Virus record (IMG/VR): IMGVR_UViG_3300011741_000001
Span: 124,001 to 188,000 of that record
Length of the DNA: 64,000 nt
Origin: an uncultured virus (IMG/VR IMGVR_UViG_3300011741_000001)
Lineage: Duplodnaviria > Heunggongvirae > Uroviricota > Caudoviricetes
Reading direction: 5' to 3' (one strand)
The notes under the pieces are model-generated. The model saw nothing but the letters and a program-made list of their open reading frames with translations, was not told where the DNA came from and did no database searches. Position numbers and translations under genes: made by a program. Below are positions 1 to 9,110 of the stretch, piece after piece (the first letter of the stretch is position 1; the number at the start of each line of letters is the position of its first letter).

Positions 1-3000
1 GTACCCGAACCGTTACTCGACGGTTATTCCGCCGGAAGGCCCGTTCTATCGTACCGGGCTGGAAATCTCAATCAACACCGTGGTCAACGGCGTAACCCAA
101 AAACAAATCCTGATTGAAGGGCTCGACTATTACCTCGGCTACTACTATAAAGAAGCCTCCGAGGCATTTAACGACGCCATCTTCGGCGGGATAATGCTCC
201 TCAACGCCACCGAGTGTAACTACAGCTTATACTCTGCCGGGCGCGAATACCGCATTCCTCAAACGGAAATCGGTAAGTGGCTTGTGCGCGAAGACATGAA
301 AGACCCGCGTAACGAAGACTGGTCTGCATTAATGTCTTACGCCCCGACCATCCCCGCTATCGATCCGCCGGCGGATATGGATGAAGCCATTCTGCGTGAC
401 GAGATTGTCGCGGCACTGAATGACATCCGTAACGGACTGGTCGAACGCGCGTCTGAGATGGATGAGGCGTATGCGGACGTCACTGATTTAATCTACACCA
501 CCGGGAAGAAGATTTTTGATGACGGGTTGTATCAACACCATCTGTTGAAATCACAGGGGCACTCGTACACGGCAGACGATATCGGCGCGTTGGGTGTCAG
601 CGGTAAAGCGGTGGATGCCACCTACGCGTTTGGCATGGCGTTGAACACGTTAGTGACCATGATGTCCACCTCAGGCATTCAGGCCCAGCACCTCGCTCAG
701 TTGATGCGTAATGACACCGCCCTGAACAACGTGTTCGGTCGCCTGCGGGTGCTCAACAACAACGTCTTAACGTACAACACCGCGAACAATGACCACGTCA
801 TCACGTTCAAAGGGCCGAACATCCTCGTCTCCACCAAAAAGCCCCTGACCTTTACAGCAGATTCCGGTAACGGAAACGCAGGGCTGGCGGTTGAAATGGC
901 AGCCGGGCTGAACACGCTGATGGTGCACTCGGGTAACGAAGCACTGGCTCCGGTGTTCAACGGCGTGTATTTGATTACCCCGGACATGGTGGAAATGTAC
1001 CTGCACGCGGTGACCCTGAAAGCGGCCAACGGGTACATGGCCTCGACCGACACCGTGAAAGTGTACGGTTCCGGTAAGTCTTACTCGCCGTTCCGTCTGG
1101 AAGCGAACCTGCCGGACGCGGAGGTTGGTCTCAAAGGGTTGGTGAAGGTCACCAATAACCGTGCGACCGTTACCCCGGGCTATGCCATTTCGCAGTCGGG
1201 CATTACTGCGATGCGTGATTTGCTGGCCAACTACGTGGATGACACGTACACGGTGAACGGCAAAAGCTTTGACGCCAATCAGGCAATTGTTCTCACCACC
1301 ACCGATGTTGGAGTGGAGAAGATGAACAACACCGCACCGGTGGATAAGCCGGTGACCAAAGCGTTAACAGTAGCACTCGCCGGTAAAGCCCTGTCAACAC
1401 ACACCCACACGCTGGCCGATGTCACGGACGTGCCGTACGCGTCCTCAACAGCCGCTGGACTGGTGTTGTTGTGGAACCTGTTGGATGAGTCAACCGATCG
1501 GGTGGTCACGTCTAAGCAGGGTTACACGCTGCAATTGACACTGGCGGATTTGGAGTCGAAAGCCGCCGGGTTAATCCCCACGTGGGCGGTGTTAGGGTCG
1601 TCGTACGGGAACCTGAGTTTCCTGCCGATTCCCACCTCCGGGAATTACACCGGTTTCGCCCAGTTGCTCACCAACGATGCGTCGGTTGTGGTAAAGGAAG
1701 AGAACAACAAGGTTTACGTGCTGCGTAACGCCAGTGACGGTTATCCCGGTTCAGAGAAGGTGCTCTACTGGTCAGCGGACATCGTTTCAAACCAGATAAC
1801 GAATGCCTCGCCGACAACCGCCCGTTACACACCGGCCGGTTTAGCAGCCATTGCACCGGGCGTGACCCTGAGTAAAATCATTGCACCGGGCGAAGACGGT
1901 GCGGTGTTTGTGGGCAGTGACAACAACTGGTATCTGGTGTTGTTTGACGGCACCATCAACATGGCCAAACACACCCGTGTCGCTCGCATTACTGTCCCTG
2001 CGGTCTCTTCAAGTGTCACCCAGAAAGCCACGAACCCGAATGAAAGTCGGGTGGTGGTCACCAGTGATAAAGTGTTGCTGTTGCAGGCGGTGTTGAACAA
2101 CGACGACTTCTATACCGTCGCATGGACAGCCCCCCTCAGTGACTTTGGCAGCAAAACCGATATCACACTGGCGATACTGAAACTCACCGGCAAGTACGTC
2201 GACGGGGACATCGGACGTTTCGTGACGCAAGGTCAGAAATCCACTGACCCGGCCACGAACAACCTCTGGTACTCCAATGCAGAAGCACTGGCGAAGTGGA
2301 GTTCCCCGGCGGTAGTCTCGTACACCCGCCGTACAGTAATGGCGGCGTACAAAGACGGCAAGGTGCGTGTGCGTTTACACCCGCGCGGTCGTCCAACCGG
2401 AACCACGGCGAGCATTCTCGGCCCGGCATGGACAGTGTCGTACGTGATTGATCTCGCCACCGGTAACGTTACACTGGACGATGACTACTTCCCACTGTTC
2501 TTAGGTGTGGACGGGGTAGAGTTCCCGAAAGGGACGTACGGCGTCACCTCATTAGGGGTGGCTTACGGTGCCTCGTACATGACGGCGTTCCTGAACAACG
2601 GAATTGTCTACTGGTGTGGTGGCAGCGAGACAGAGGATAACCTCTATCGTGGCTCTACCGCCCAGACAGACAACTTCGCAGCACTGCGTTGGGATAACCT
2701 CATCAACCAGCAGTACAACGTGGTGCCGGTGCTGGGACCGTACGGTACGGTGTACGGTTTCCGTGAGCGTGGGATGGTGCATCTGGGTGGGACGTCGAAA
2801 CAGGCGTTATTCCGTCAGCGCAGTACCGCCATTTGCATGCGCAGCGCGTACAACCCGGATGGGACGTACGGGGTACCGAACTACGGTGGTTGGGGCCCCA
2901 GCAACGATCGTTCTGCGGTCTCCCAGACCGACTACGAAAACGTGTGTCGTTTGGGGTACGTGTGGGACGGCAGTAAATGCTACCTGAACGGCACGTCATT

Positions 3001-4933
3001 CAATGCAGCCGGTTCACAGGCGTACAAAAACAACGCGGGTTCCACCACGCTGACCACTGACCGGATTACCGTGTCAGCCCAGCAGTGGACGGATTACGAG
3101 AACTTCATCAATACGAACCTCCCGGACTGGAGCAATGCGGCCACCGAGATGCGTAACTATTGGTTGAGCTTCTTTGACATCGGTGGACTCAACGTGTGTA
3201 TTGCCGCCATCGAGTACACGCAGAAGAACAGCGACGGAGTGTACGTCAATTATACGTACATCTTTAAAATCCCGTTCACGTTCAACAGCAATGCCCTCGT
3301 ACTGAACTGGGCTACCGCGGTCACGGTACTGAACAAAGCCAGTTACACCATCAACACCACCGGGTTACAGTTAGCGGACTCGAACATCAACCAGATGCGT
3401 CTGATCAAGTGCGCAGACGGTTGGGTGATTCGTACCCGTATCCTGAGCCGTTGGTTGACTACCGGGACGGCGTCTAATGTGGCGTATACACTGCGTTGTG
3501 ACACCAACTGGGCAAACTGGAAAGCCGCCCGTTCGGCGTTCTACGTGGGCAGTGGGGAACTCGACCTGATTCACATGCCAGAAACTAATGAAATCGTGCA
3601 AGGCGGTTTTGTTTACTCTGGGGTGTATCTCGGGGGTGTGGCGTATCCGGGTAACACCATTAACTTCGACACGCAAGCGGGTCGGAACGTGGTGCTGTTT
3701 GGGCCGCAGGTGGAAACCGGGGCGATTCAGTACATCACGGAAGCGCAGCGTTTCTTCATCGGTTCCGCAGAGTACACGTTACCGCAGTACAGCATCAATT
3801 TTGCAACGGCGTTCACCAACTGGCAGAACTCGACCTTCTATTTCTACGCAGAGACGTACACGGATGGCGGTGTGTTAAAAGCACGCTACACGGTCACGCA
3901 GACACTGAGCCCGGATACGGACACCCGTCTGTATATCGGTTACGTGAAAACGAACGACACGACCATCAGTGAAACGAACATCAATGCGGTGAAACGCTTA
4001 GGCGGGATTCGTCAGCTGAAAGAACACATGGGGACAGTGTATCGTCACGATATCAACCCGAGCCGTGAGTTCCGTGAATCACCGTTAGCATTGCTGAAGC
4101 CGGTTGCTATCGGTACCGCCGGTGACACCTTTGCTGGGCAGTCTGCGTTGTCGGATAACGTGGGTGTGCGTCTGACCCGTCCTACGATTAACCGTTATGT
4201 TCCGGCCTCACAGCCGTGGTACAGCGGGGCCTCGTTGGCGGAATTGTTCTGGCGTACCCCGCGTGCCGTGGCGGTGACCTCAGCAGAGAACGCGGATGCG
4301 GCGGCACTCGGATTAATCTGGATTGACATTAACCAGCGGAGTATGCCGGGCTTGGGTGCATACGGCACCAAGTTCAAAGTCAACACCACCACCGGAACCT
4401 TGCGTATTCAATTTTCCGTGGACGATTACTGCAACATCTATATCGATGGGGTACGTGTCGCGAGTGGTGCCACCAGTGGCAGCTCGGTGTTGAAAACACT
4501 GGACTTCCCGGTGTCGAACGGACAGCACACGGTGGCGATTGAAACGGTGCAGGCAGAAACGGTGGGTGGGACGATTTGTCACATTGCCTTTATTGCCTAC
4601 GACTGGAACGGTACCGCCGGTCGTGAGTTGTACCGCAGCTCCAGTGCCAGCAAAGTGGGCTGGACAACGTCGCAGGGCAACACCGCCGGGAACATGGATG
4701 TGCTGGAGACTATCTCCCACGTCTACACCCCGGAGAGCGGCAAAACCGCGGTTATCTCCGTGGTGGCTCCGGAAATCCCCTACGCTCCACGCTGGCAACA
4801 ACGTGACCCGAGTACCGGGAACCTTGAGGTGGTTATCGCTTCGAAGTTCTTCGGCCCGGATGGGGCAATGGTGACGCTGACCGAGATAACCGTCAATCTT
4901 ATGTTAATCCCAACGAGTGATTTGTCGTCTTAA
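1..4933 (+). CDS. Large tail fibre / virion structural protein, 5'-truncated
   Basis: Frame 2 is open from position 2 (YPNRYSTVIPPEGPFYRTGL...), so the gene starts upstream of the window. It has fibre-type repeats (HTHTLADVTD, ASSTAAGLVLL), a long beta-rich body, and a C-terminal DDYCNIYIDG beta-sandwich-like segment. Confidence 0.75.
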   Translation, partial: YPNRYSTVIPPEGPFYRTGLEISINTVVNGVTQKQILIEGLDYYLGYYYKEASEAFNDAIFGGIMLLNATECNYSLYSAGREYRIPQTEIGKWLVREDMKDPRNEDWSALMSYAPTIPAIDPPADMDEAILRDEIVAALNDIRNGLVERASEMDEAYADVTDLIYTTGKKIFDDGLYQHHLLKSQGHSYTADDIGALGVSGKAVDATYAFGMALNTLVTMMSTSGIQAQHLAQLMRNDTALNNVFGRLRVLNNNVLTYNTANNDHVITFKGPNILVSTKKPLTFTADSGNGNAGLAVEMAAGLNTLMVHSGNEALAPVFNGVYLITPDMVEMYLHAVTLKAANGYMASTDTVKVYGSGKSYSPFRLEANLPDAEVGLKGLVKVTNNRATVTPGYAISQSGITAMRDLLANYVDDTYTVNGKSFDANQAIVLTTTDVGVEKMNNTAPVDKPVTKALTVALAGKALSTHTHTLADVTDVPYASSTAAGLVLLWNLLDESTDRVVTSKQGYTLQLTLADLESKAAGLIPTWAVLGSSYGNLSFLPIPTSGNYTGFAQLLTNDASVVVKEENNKVYVLRNASDGYPGSEKVLYWSADIVSNQITNASPTTARYTPAGLAAIAPGVTLSKIIAPGEDGAVFVGSDNNWYLVLFDGTINMAKHTRVARITVPAVSSSVTQKATNPNESRVVVTSDKVLLLQAVLNNDDFYTVAWTAPLSDFGSKTDITLAILKLTGKYVDGDIGRFVTQGQKSTDPATNNLWYSNAEALAKWSSPAVVSYTRRTVMAAYKDGKVRVRLHPRGRPTGTTASILGPAWTVSYVIDLATGNVTLDDDYFPLFLGVDGVEFPKGTYGVTSLGVAYGASYMTAFLNNGIVYWCGGSETEDNLYRGSTAQTDNFAALRWDNLINQQYNVVPVLGPYGTVYGFRERGMVHLGGTSKQALFRQRSTAICMRSAYNPDGTYGVPNYGGWGPSNDRSAVSQTDYENVCRLGYVWDGSKCYLNGTSFNAAGSQAYKNNAGSTTLTTDRITVSAQQWTDYENFINTNLPDWSNAATEMRNYWLSFFDIGGLNVCIAAIEYTQKNSDGVYVNYTYIFKIPFTFNSNALVLNWATAVTVLNKASYTINTTGLQLADSNINQMRLIKCADGWVIRTRILSRWLTTGTASNVAYTLRCDTNWANWKAARSAFYVGSGELDLIHMPETNEIVQGGFVYSGVYLGGVAYPGNTINFDTQAGRNVVLFGPQVETGAIQYITEAQRFFIGSAEYTLPQYSINFATAFTNWQNSTFYFYAETYTDGGVLKARYTVTQTLSPDTDTRLYIGYVKTNDTTISETNINAVKRLGGIRQLKEHMGTVYRHDINPSREFRESPLALLKPVAIGTAGDTFAGQSALSDNVGVRLTRPTINRYVPASQPWYSGASLAELFWRTPRAVAVTSAENADAAALGLIWIDINQRSMPGLGAYGTKFKVNTTTGTLRIQFSVDDYCNIYIDGVRVASGATSGSSVLKTLDFPVSNGQHTVAIETVQAETVGGTICHIAFIAYDWNGTAGRELYRSSSASKVGWTTSQGNTAGNMDVLETISHVYTPESGKTAVISVVAPEIPYAPRWQQRDPSTGNLEVVIASKFFGPDGAMVTLTEITVNLMLIPTSDLSS

Positions 4934-4978
4934 CTGAACTGTGGGGGCAGGGATGCCTCCTCGTAAGGGAGCTTGGAG

Positions 4979-6178
4979 ATGAGTGATATTATTTTCCAGT
5001 ATCCGCTTGACTTAAAAGGGTCACTGACATCGAACGCGGTATCCATCCCCGTCGTGTTAGGTTCCGGTAAAGTCAATCGGTCATTTGCGTTTCCGGCTGG
5101 CCCGTTCTACGCAGAATCGTTTAAACTCCGCTCAGTGAGTTCACCGGCTACCCCGTATAAACGCGGGACGGACTTTGAACTTATCTTTGCGCACAACGCA
5201 TACCAGAAACTCTCGGGCAACCAAGAGATTTGCATGGCCGTGGTTGTGACCAACAGTGCTGTCCCGACGGATATCGTGGTGTCGGCACAGGTCGTCGGGG
5301 GTCCACAGTCCGCAAACATCGTGGCTATTAAAGACGCGATTATTGCACTGAACCTCGATAACCAGAAAGTCAATTTTGCTGATTTGATTGACTTCCCGGA
5401 CACCTTACCGGGTGCCCCGGCGTTCAAAGATATCGGTGACATGTATGGTTTCGAGTACATCATTGCGATGCTCTCGGGGATTATCGATGTTATCGGGTCA
5501 GGTTCTGCAGTTCAGTTGGAGAAAATCAAGGACATCATCGAAAGCATCAAGAACAATTTCCTCGATGCCTTGAACAACCACATCAATGCCACGGGCAACG
5601 TTCACGATCTGGATATCCATCAGATTGACGGCTTGACCGCAACGGAAATTCGTCAGCTGATTGCTGGCGTACAGGCGGCCATTGATGCAACTGTATTGCA
5701 AATCAACGACCTGAAAGCTGCGGACAACACCATCAACGTCCGCATCGACGGCATCATCAATTCACTGGCCACGTTTACTGACCAGCTGAACACGGTAGAC
5801 CAAAACTACCAGAAGATGACGTTGATTGTCGCGAACCTGAACTCGCTCGTGTTGTCGCTGCAGAAAACCATCGGTGAGATGCAGCAACGTGAAGATGCGA
5901 TGCAGGCAGAAATCGATGACCTGAAATCCGGGGCCAGCGATAGTCAGCAGCAGATTGACCAGCTGCGTACCGACCTGACCGCATTGGCCCGTCGTGTCAC
6001 CGCGAACGAAGGGAACATCTCGACCGTGAGTCAAACGCTTTCGAACCACCTGTCAGCAGCCGACCCGCACACCCAGTACCTGCACAAACAGTACGGTGGT
6101 ACTGTGCAGGCGAACGTCCACGTCAACGCGAACCTTACCACGCGTGATGACGTCCAGGCGGATGCCGGTACCAAATAA
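4979..6178 (+). CDS. Virion structural / tail fibre-associated coiled-coil protein
   Basis: The N-terminal domain (PAGPFY...GTDFEL) is paralogous to that of the upstream gene. It has a long heptad coiled coil and a HLSAADPHTQY fibre motif. ATG at 4979 preferred over TTG at 4973. Confidence 0.7.
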   Translation: MSDIIFQYPLDLKGSLTSNAVSIPVVLGSGKVNRSFAFPAGPFYAESFKLRSVSSPATPYKRGTDFELIFAHNAYQKLSGNQEICMAVVVTNSAVPTDIVVSAQVVGGPQSANIVAIKDAIIALNLDNQKVNFADLIDFPDTLPGAPAFKDIGDMYGFEYIIAMLSGIIDVIGSGSAVQLEKIKDIIESIKNNFLDALNNHINATGNVHDLDIHQIDGLTATEIRQLIAGVQAAIDATVLQINDLKAADNTINVRIDGIINSLATFTDQLNTVDQNYQKMTLIVANLNSLVLSLQKTIGEMQQREDAMQAEIDDLKSGASDSQQQIDQLRTDLTALARRVTANEGNISTVSQTLSNHLSAADPHTQYLHKQYGGTVQANVHVNANLTTRDDVQADAGTK

Positions 6179-6190
6179 GTTTATTTACGC

Positions 6191-6220
6191 ACGGGCCTCG
6201 TCTTTATGGCGAGTGCCCGT
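6191..6220. other. Intergenic stem-loop upstream of the Cys-repeat operon
   Basis: ACGGGC-CTCG...CGAG-T-GCCCGT inverted repeat with no strong U-tract, so it may not be a terminator. Confidence 0.4.
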
Positions 6221-6242
6221 ATCTTATTAAAAAGGAAAGGTA

Positions 6243-6632
6243 ATGGCGATCTCACTTAAAGACTTAAGTGCCCGTCTTGACCGAGTCCAGGCTGCGACCG
6301 GCGCTTCAGTTGACGCACAGGTCAATAGCAAGGTTCATAACGCCAATTTATTGGGCGGTCAAAATACCGCGTGGGCACGGTGTAACGGGTCGTGTAGCTG
6401 GACCTGTTCTTCGGGTTGTAGCCACGGGTGTTCAAGTTGTTCTGGAAGCTGTAGCGGTGTCTGTACGGGGAACTGCAGTGGTTCGTGTTCTGGGGGTTGC
6501 GGCGGCGGGTGTTCTGCAACGTGTTCCGGTGGCTGTGGTGGCGGATGTGCGGGTGCTTGTAGTGGCGCGTGCTCCGGTGGATGCAGTTCCGGCTGTACCG
6601 GCAGTTGTGGTGCAGGCTGTAGCGGACCTTAG
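6243..6632 (+). CDS. CXXX-repeat Cys/Gly/Ser-rich peptide 1 (probable radical SAM substrate)
   Basis: 46-aa Cys-free N-terminal part, then 21 Cys almost all at period 4, ending CSGP. RBS AAGGAAAGG upstream. Confidence 0.85.
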   Translation: MAISLKDLSARLDRVQAATGASVDAQVNSKVHNANLLGGQNTAWARCNGSCSWTCSSGCSHGCSSCSGSCSGVCTGNCSGSCSGGCGGGCSATCSGGCGGGCAGACSGACSGGCSSGCTGSCGAGCSGP

Positions 6633-6640
6633 GAGCAATC

Positions 6641-7069
6641 ATGGCAATTTCATTAAAGACTATCGCTGCGCGCGTAGCAAACATCGAAAACACCGCATTA
6701 AAGACTCAGGCAGGCGTACAAACGTACATTGCTGGCCGCACCACGAACAACGCGGATTTGTTTGGCGGGCAAAACCCGTCTTACTACCACTGCGGGGGCA
6801 CGTGTAGCTGGACGTGTAGTAACGGCTGTTCAGGAGGGTGTACCGGTAACTGTTCGTCGGGCTGCAGTTCGGCGTGTTCTGGTAACTGTTCTTCCAGTTG
6901 TACGGGAGGCTGTGCGGGGAGCTGTGGCGGTAACTGTGGGGGTGGTTGTTCAGGTGGTTGTTCTGGCGGGTGCTCTGGTACCTGTTCGGGCAAATGCTCT
7001 GGCGGCTGTTCTGGCGGTTGTAGCTCGGGCTGTACCGGTTCGTGCGGGGCTGGGTGTTCTGGACCGTAG
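6641..7069 (+). CDS. CXXX-repeat Cys/Gly/Ser-rich peptide 2 (probable radical SAM substrate)
   Basis: Paralogue of peptide 1 (MAISLK start). 23 Cys at perfect period 4, last 20 aa identical to peptide 1. RBS AGGAG. Confidence 0.85.
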   Translation: MAISLKTIAARVANIENTALKTQAGVQTYIAGRTTNNADLFGGQNPSYYHCGGTCSWTCSNGCSGGCTGNCSSGCSSACSGNCSSSCTGGCAGSCGGNCGGGCSGGCSGGCSGTCSGKCSGGCSGGCSSGCTGSCGAGCSGP

Positions 7070-7077
7070 GAGGACGC

Positions 7078-7287
7078 ATGGCTGTCAGTGAAAAAGATAT
7101 CGGTAACCGGGTACGGATTGTAGAAGGGTATATTACCACGGCGCAAGCCAACAGCTACATCGCGAACTCGGGGACGTGTAACAACACCAACAACTTGGGC
7201 GGCATTCGTGCCGGGGCGTATAACTGCGGGGGAACGTGCAGTTGGACTAGCTCCGGGGGTGCGAAAGGCATCACTGCGCCGAGTTAA
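7078..7287 (+). CDS. Short third paralogue of the CXXX-repeat peptides (69 aa)
   Basis: ATG 7078 after GGAGGA. Sequence MAVSEKDIGNRV...NTNNLGG...YNCGGTCSWT keeps the leader and first repeat motif but lacks the long Cys array. Confidence 0.75.
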   Translation: MAVSEKDIGNRVRIVEGYITTAQANSYIANSGTCNNTNNLGGIRAGAYNCGGTCSWTSSGGAKGITAPS

Positions 7288-7299
7288 CAGGGGAAACCA

Positions 7300-8226
7300 A
7301 TGAAGAGTAACGATCATCTTGCTTATCGCACCAGTCTGAATTACCCGCTTCAGATTGCCTCACCGGATTCGGTTAATGCACACGTCAATGACCAACTCCG
7401 GCTGATTGCGATGGATCAGTTCGACTGGCCTAAGCTGCGCGGTCGCGATTTTGTTAACAAAACGTACACCGTGACAGACGAAACCACCGTGGGCAAGCTG
7501 AACGTGAAATCCGTCCAGTTCGCACAAGGCGGTGGCGGCTATACCGGGAAACTTATTGACGATAAGTATTTCTTTACAGATGCGGTGTTAAACTATGCGC
7601 CGGATTTGGAATTGATGTTCTCGTCGTTTAAAGAACTCGGTTGTCGTCCGGTGTGCGTGCGCAGTTACAGCAGCGATTACTGCGGTAGCTGGGTGTCCCT
7701 GTTTAAGATTGTGGGTGCCGGTCAGGGCGGAGTGGAAATCAATCGTGAGAAGTACCATCCGTTTACCGGATTGGATGCGGCGAACATTGACTGCTTAGCC
7801 GACCTGCTGGCGTTCAGTTATAAGTTTGCGTGGAATGCAGCAGACCAGACATGGCAGTACGTGGATGACCTGCAACTGCAAACCCAACGCATTCGTAAAC
7901 CGTGGATGGCGTATCTGACGCAATGCGAATTCGGTGCGGTACCGAACTCCAGTGCCGATGACCACAAGCTGATTCGTTTCCTGCTGCAATCACAACGCAG
8001 CGAGTTCACGGAAGAGCAGCAAACCGCTTTAGCACCGTTTTTCGAATCCCCGGTTGAACTGGACGAGTTAACCCGTATGGGTGAGCGTCAGAAAGTTCTT
8101 AACGCGTTGTACGACGCGTATCGCTCGCCGCGCTTGATTAAAGCCGGTGAAGATGTACGTGACACTGACCCCCTGTTTTCGTTCCAACGTCGCCTGTACG
8201 GAATGACGGATGCGAACGCTAACTAA
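7300..8226 (+). CDS. Hypothetical protein in the radical SAM operon
   Basis: 308-aa ORF tightly packed between the peptides and the first radical SAM gene (17-nt overlap). No family recognised. Confidence 0.7.
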   Translation: MKSNDHLAYRTSLNYPLQIASPDSVNAHVNDQLRLIAMDQFDWPKLRGRDFVNKTYTVTDETTVGKLNVKSVQFAQGGGGYTGKLIDDKYFFTDAVLNYAPDLELMFSSFKELGCRPVCVRSYSSDYCGSWVSLFKIVGAGQGGVEINREKYHPFTGLDAANIDCLADLLAFSYKFAWNAADQTWQYVDDLQLQTQRIRKPWMAYLTQCEFGAVPNSSADDHKLIRFLLQSQRSEFTEEQQTALAPFFESPVELDELTRMGERQKVLNALYDAYRSPRLIKAGEDVRDTDPLFSFQRRLYGMTDANAN

Positions 8227-9109
8227 AGACATCTTCTCACCCGCCAAGACCATTAACGTGGCATTGACGGCGAAGTGTAACCTGAACTGCGCGTTTTGTG
8301 CGGGTGAGATGCACATGGTCAAGGGGGATGTGTCTCGTAAAACCCATATAGAGGCAATGATGGAGTTACTTAAAAAGAATCCCGAAGTGGAGGAGATCAT
8401 CTGGACTGGCGGTGAGCCGTTACTGGCTTACAACAAACTGGTCGAGTCGGTCGAAGTGATGCGACAGCAGCGTCCGAGTGCTGTGCATTACCTGTTCACG
8501 AACGGGCGTAAGCTGCGCTTAGAGCAAGTCGATTTCTTGAAAACCTTCCATCGTGTGGTCGTCTCTATTGATGGCTATGACAACATGGAACGTGCGCTGA
8601 TGGACTTTGCCCGCTCGGGTGATAACGAAGCGTTCGAAACCATCGCAGCATTGGATAATGTCATTCTGTGGTCAGTGCTTACCCGTGAACGTGTCGGGAA
8701 CATGCGCTGGTTCGAAGACATGATGCAAATGCAAAATGCAATTCACCACCTCGGCTTTATCGGCATGAACTATTTGTTCGATAATCAGATGCCGAAGATT
8801 TTATCACCTGACCACGTCCTGAACTTCACGTACGGCTTTGATTTGCTGCGCGACAATATGCGTCGTCTGAATAAGATGAATGGTCGCGAGACGATTATCA
8901 AGTTGGAGAAGTTCTTCCCAATGGACAGCTGCAACGCATGCAGTGAAATTATCGTCAGCCAACCCAATGGTGATGTGCAGGTGCCGGAGAACCAAGAGAT
9001 TATCGTTGACCGTGGTTGCAACAAGATTGCCCACGCGATTGGTAAGCCGGCCTACGACTACATCATGAATTGGATGAACCCAATCAAACAACCTAAAGAC
9101 GGGAGATAG
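8210..9109 (+). CDS. Radical SAM protein
   Basis: CNLNCAFC (CX3CX2C) motif, WTGGEP, FTNG, SIDG. C-terminal CNAC...GC residues. Confidence 0.92.
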   Translation: MRTLTKDIFSPAKTINVALTAKCNLNCAFCAGEMHMVKGDVSRKTHIEAMMELLKKNPEVEEIIWTGGEPLLAYNKLVESVEVMRQQRPSAVHYLFTNGRKLRLEQVDFLKTFHRVVVSIDGYDNMERALMDFARSGDNEAFETIAALDNVILWSVLTRERVGNMRWFEDMMQMQNAIHHLGFIGMNYLFDNQMPKILSPDHVLNFTYGFDLLRDNMRRLNKMNGRETIIKLEKFFPMDSCNACSEIIVSQPNGDVQVPENQEIIVDRGCNKIAHAIGKPAYDYIMNWMNPIKQPKDGR

Positions 9110-9110
9110 G

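Noticed and set aside
6380..7069. Possible CRISPR array or DNA-level tandem repeat
   Set aside because: The periodicity is 12 nt and codon-degenerate, with no fixed repeat-spacer structure.
6243..7069. Metallothionein interpretation of the Cys-rich peptides
   Set aside because: Not excluded biochemically, but strict CXXX spacing without CC/CXC motifs and adjacency to a SPASM enzyme favour modification substrates.
6268..7317. Alternative-frame and antisense ORFs with PPEQ, VLAV or TTA repeats (e.g. 6784..7317 -, 6268..6807 +)
   Set aside because: They are frame shadows of the CXXX repeat genes. RBS placement, paralogy and the synonymous divergence pattern support only the Cys frame.
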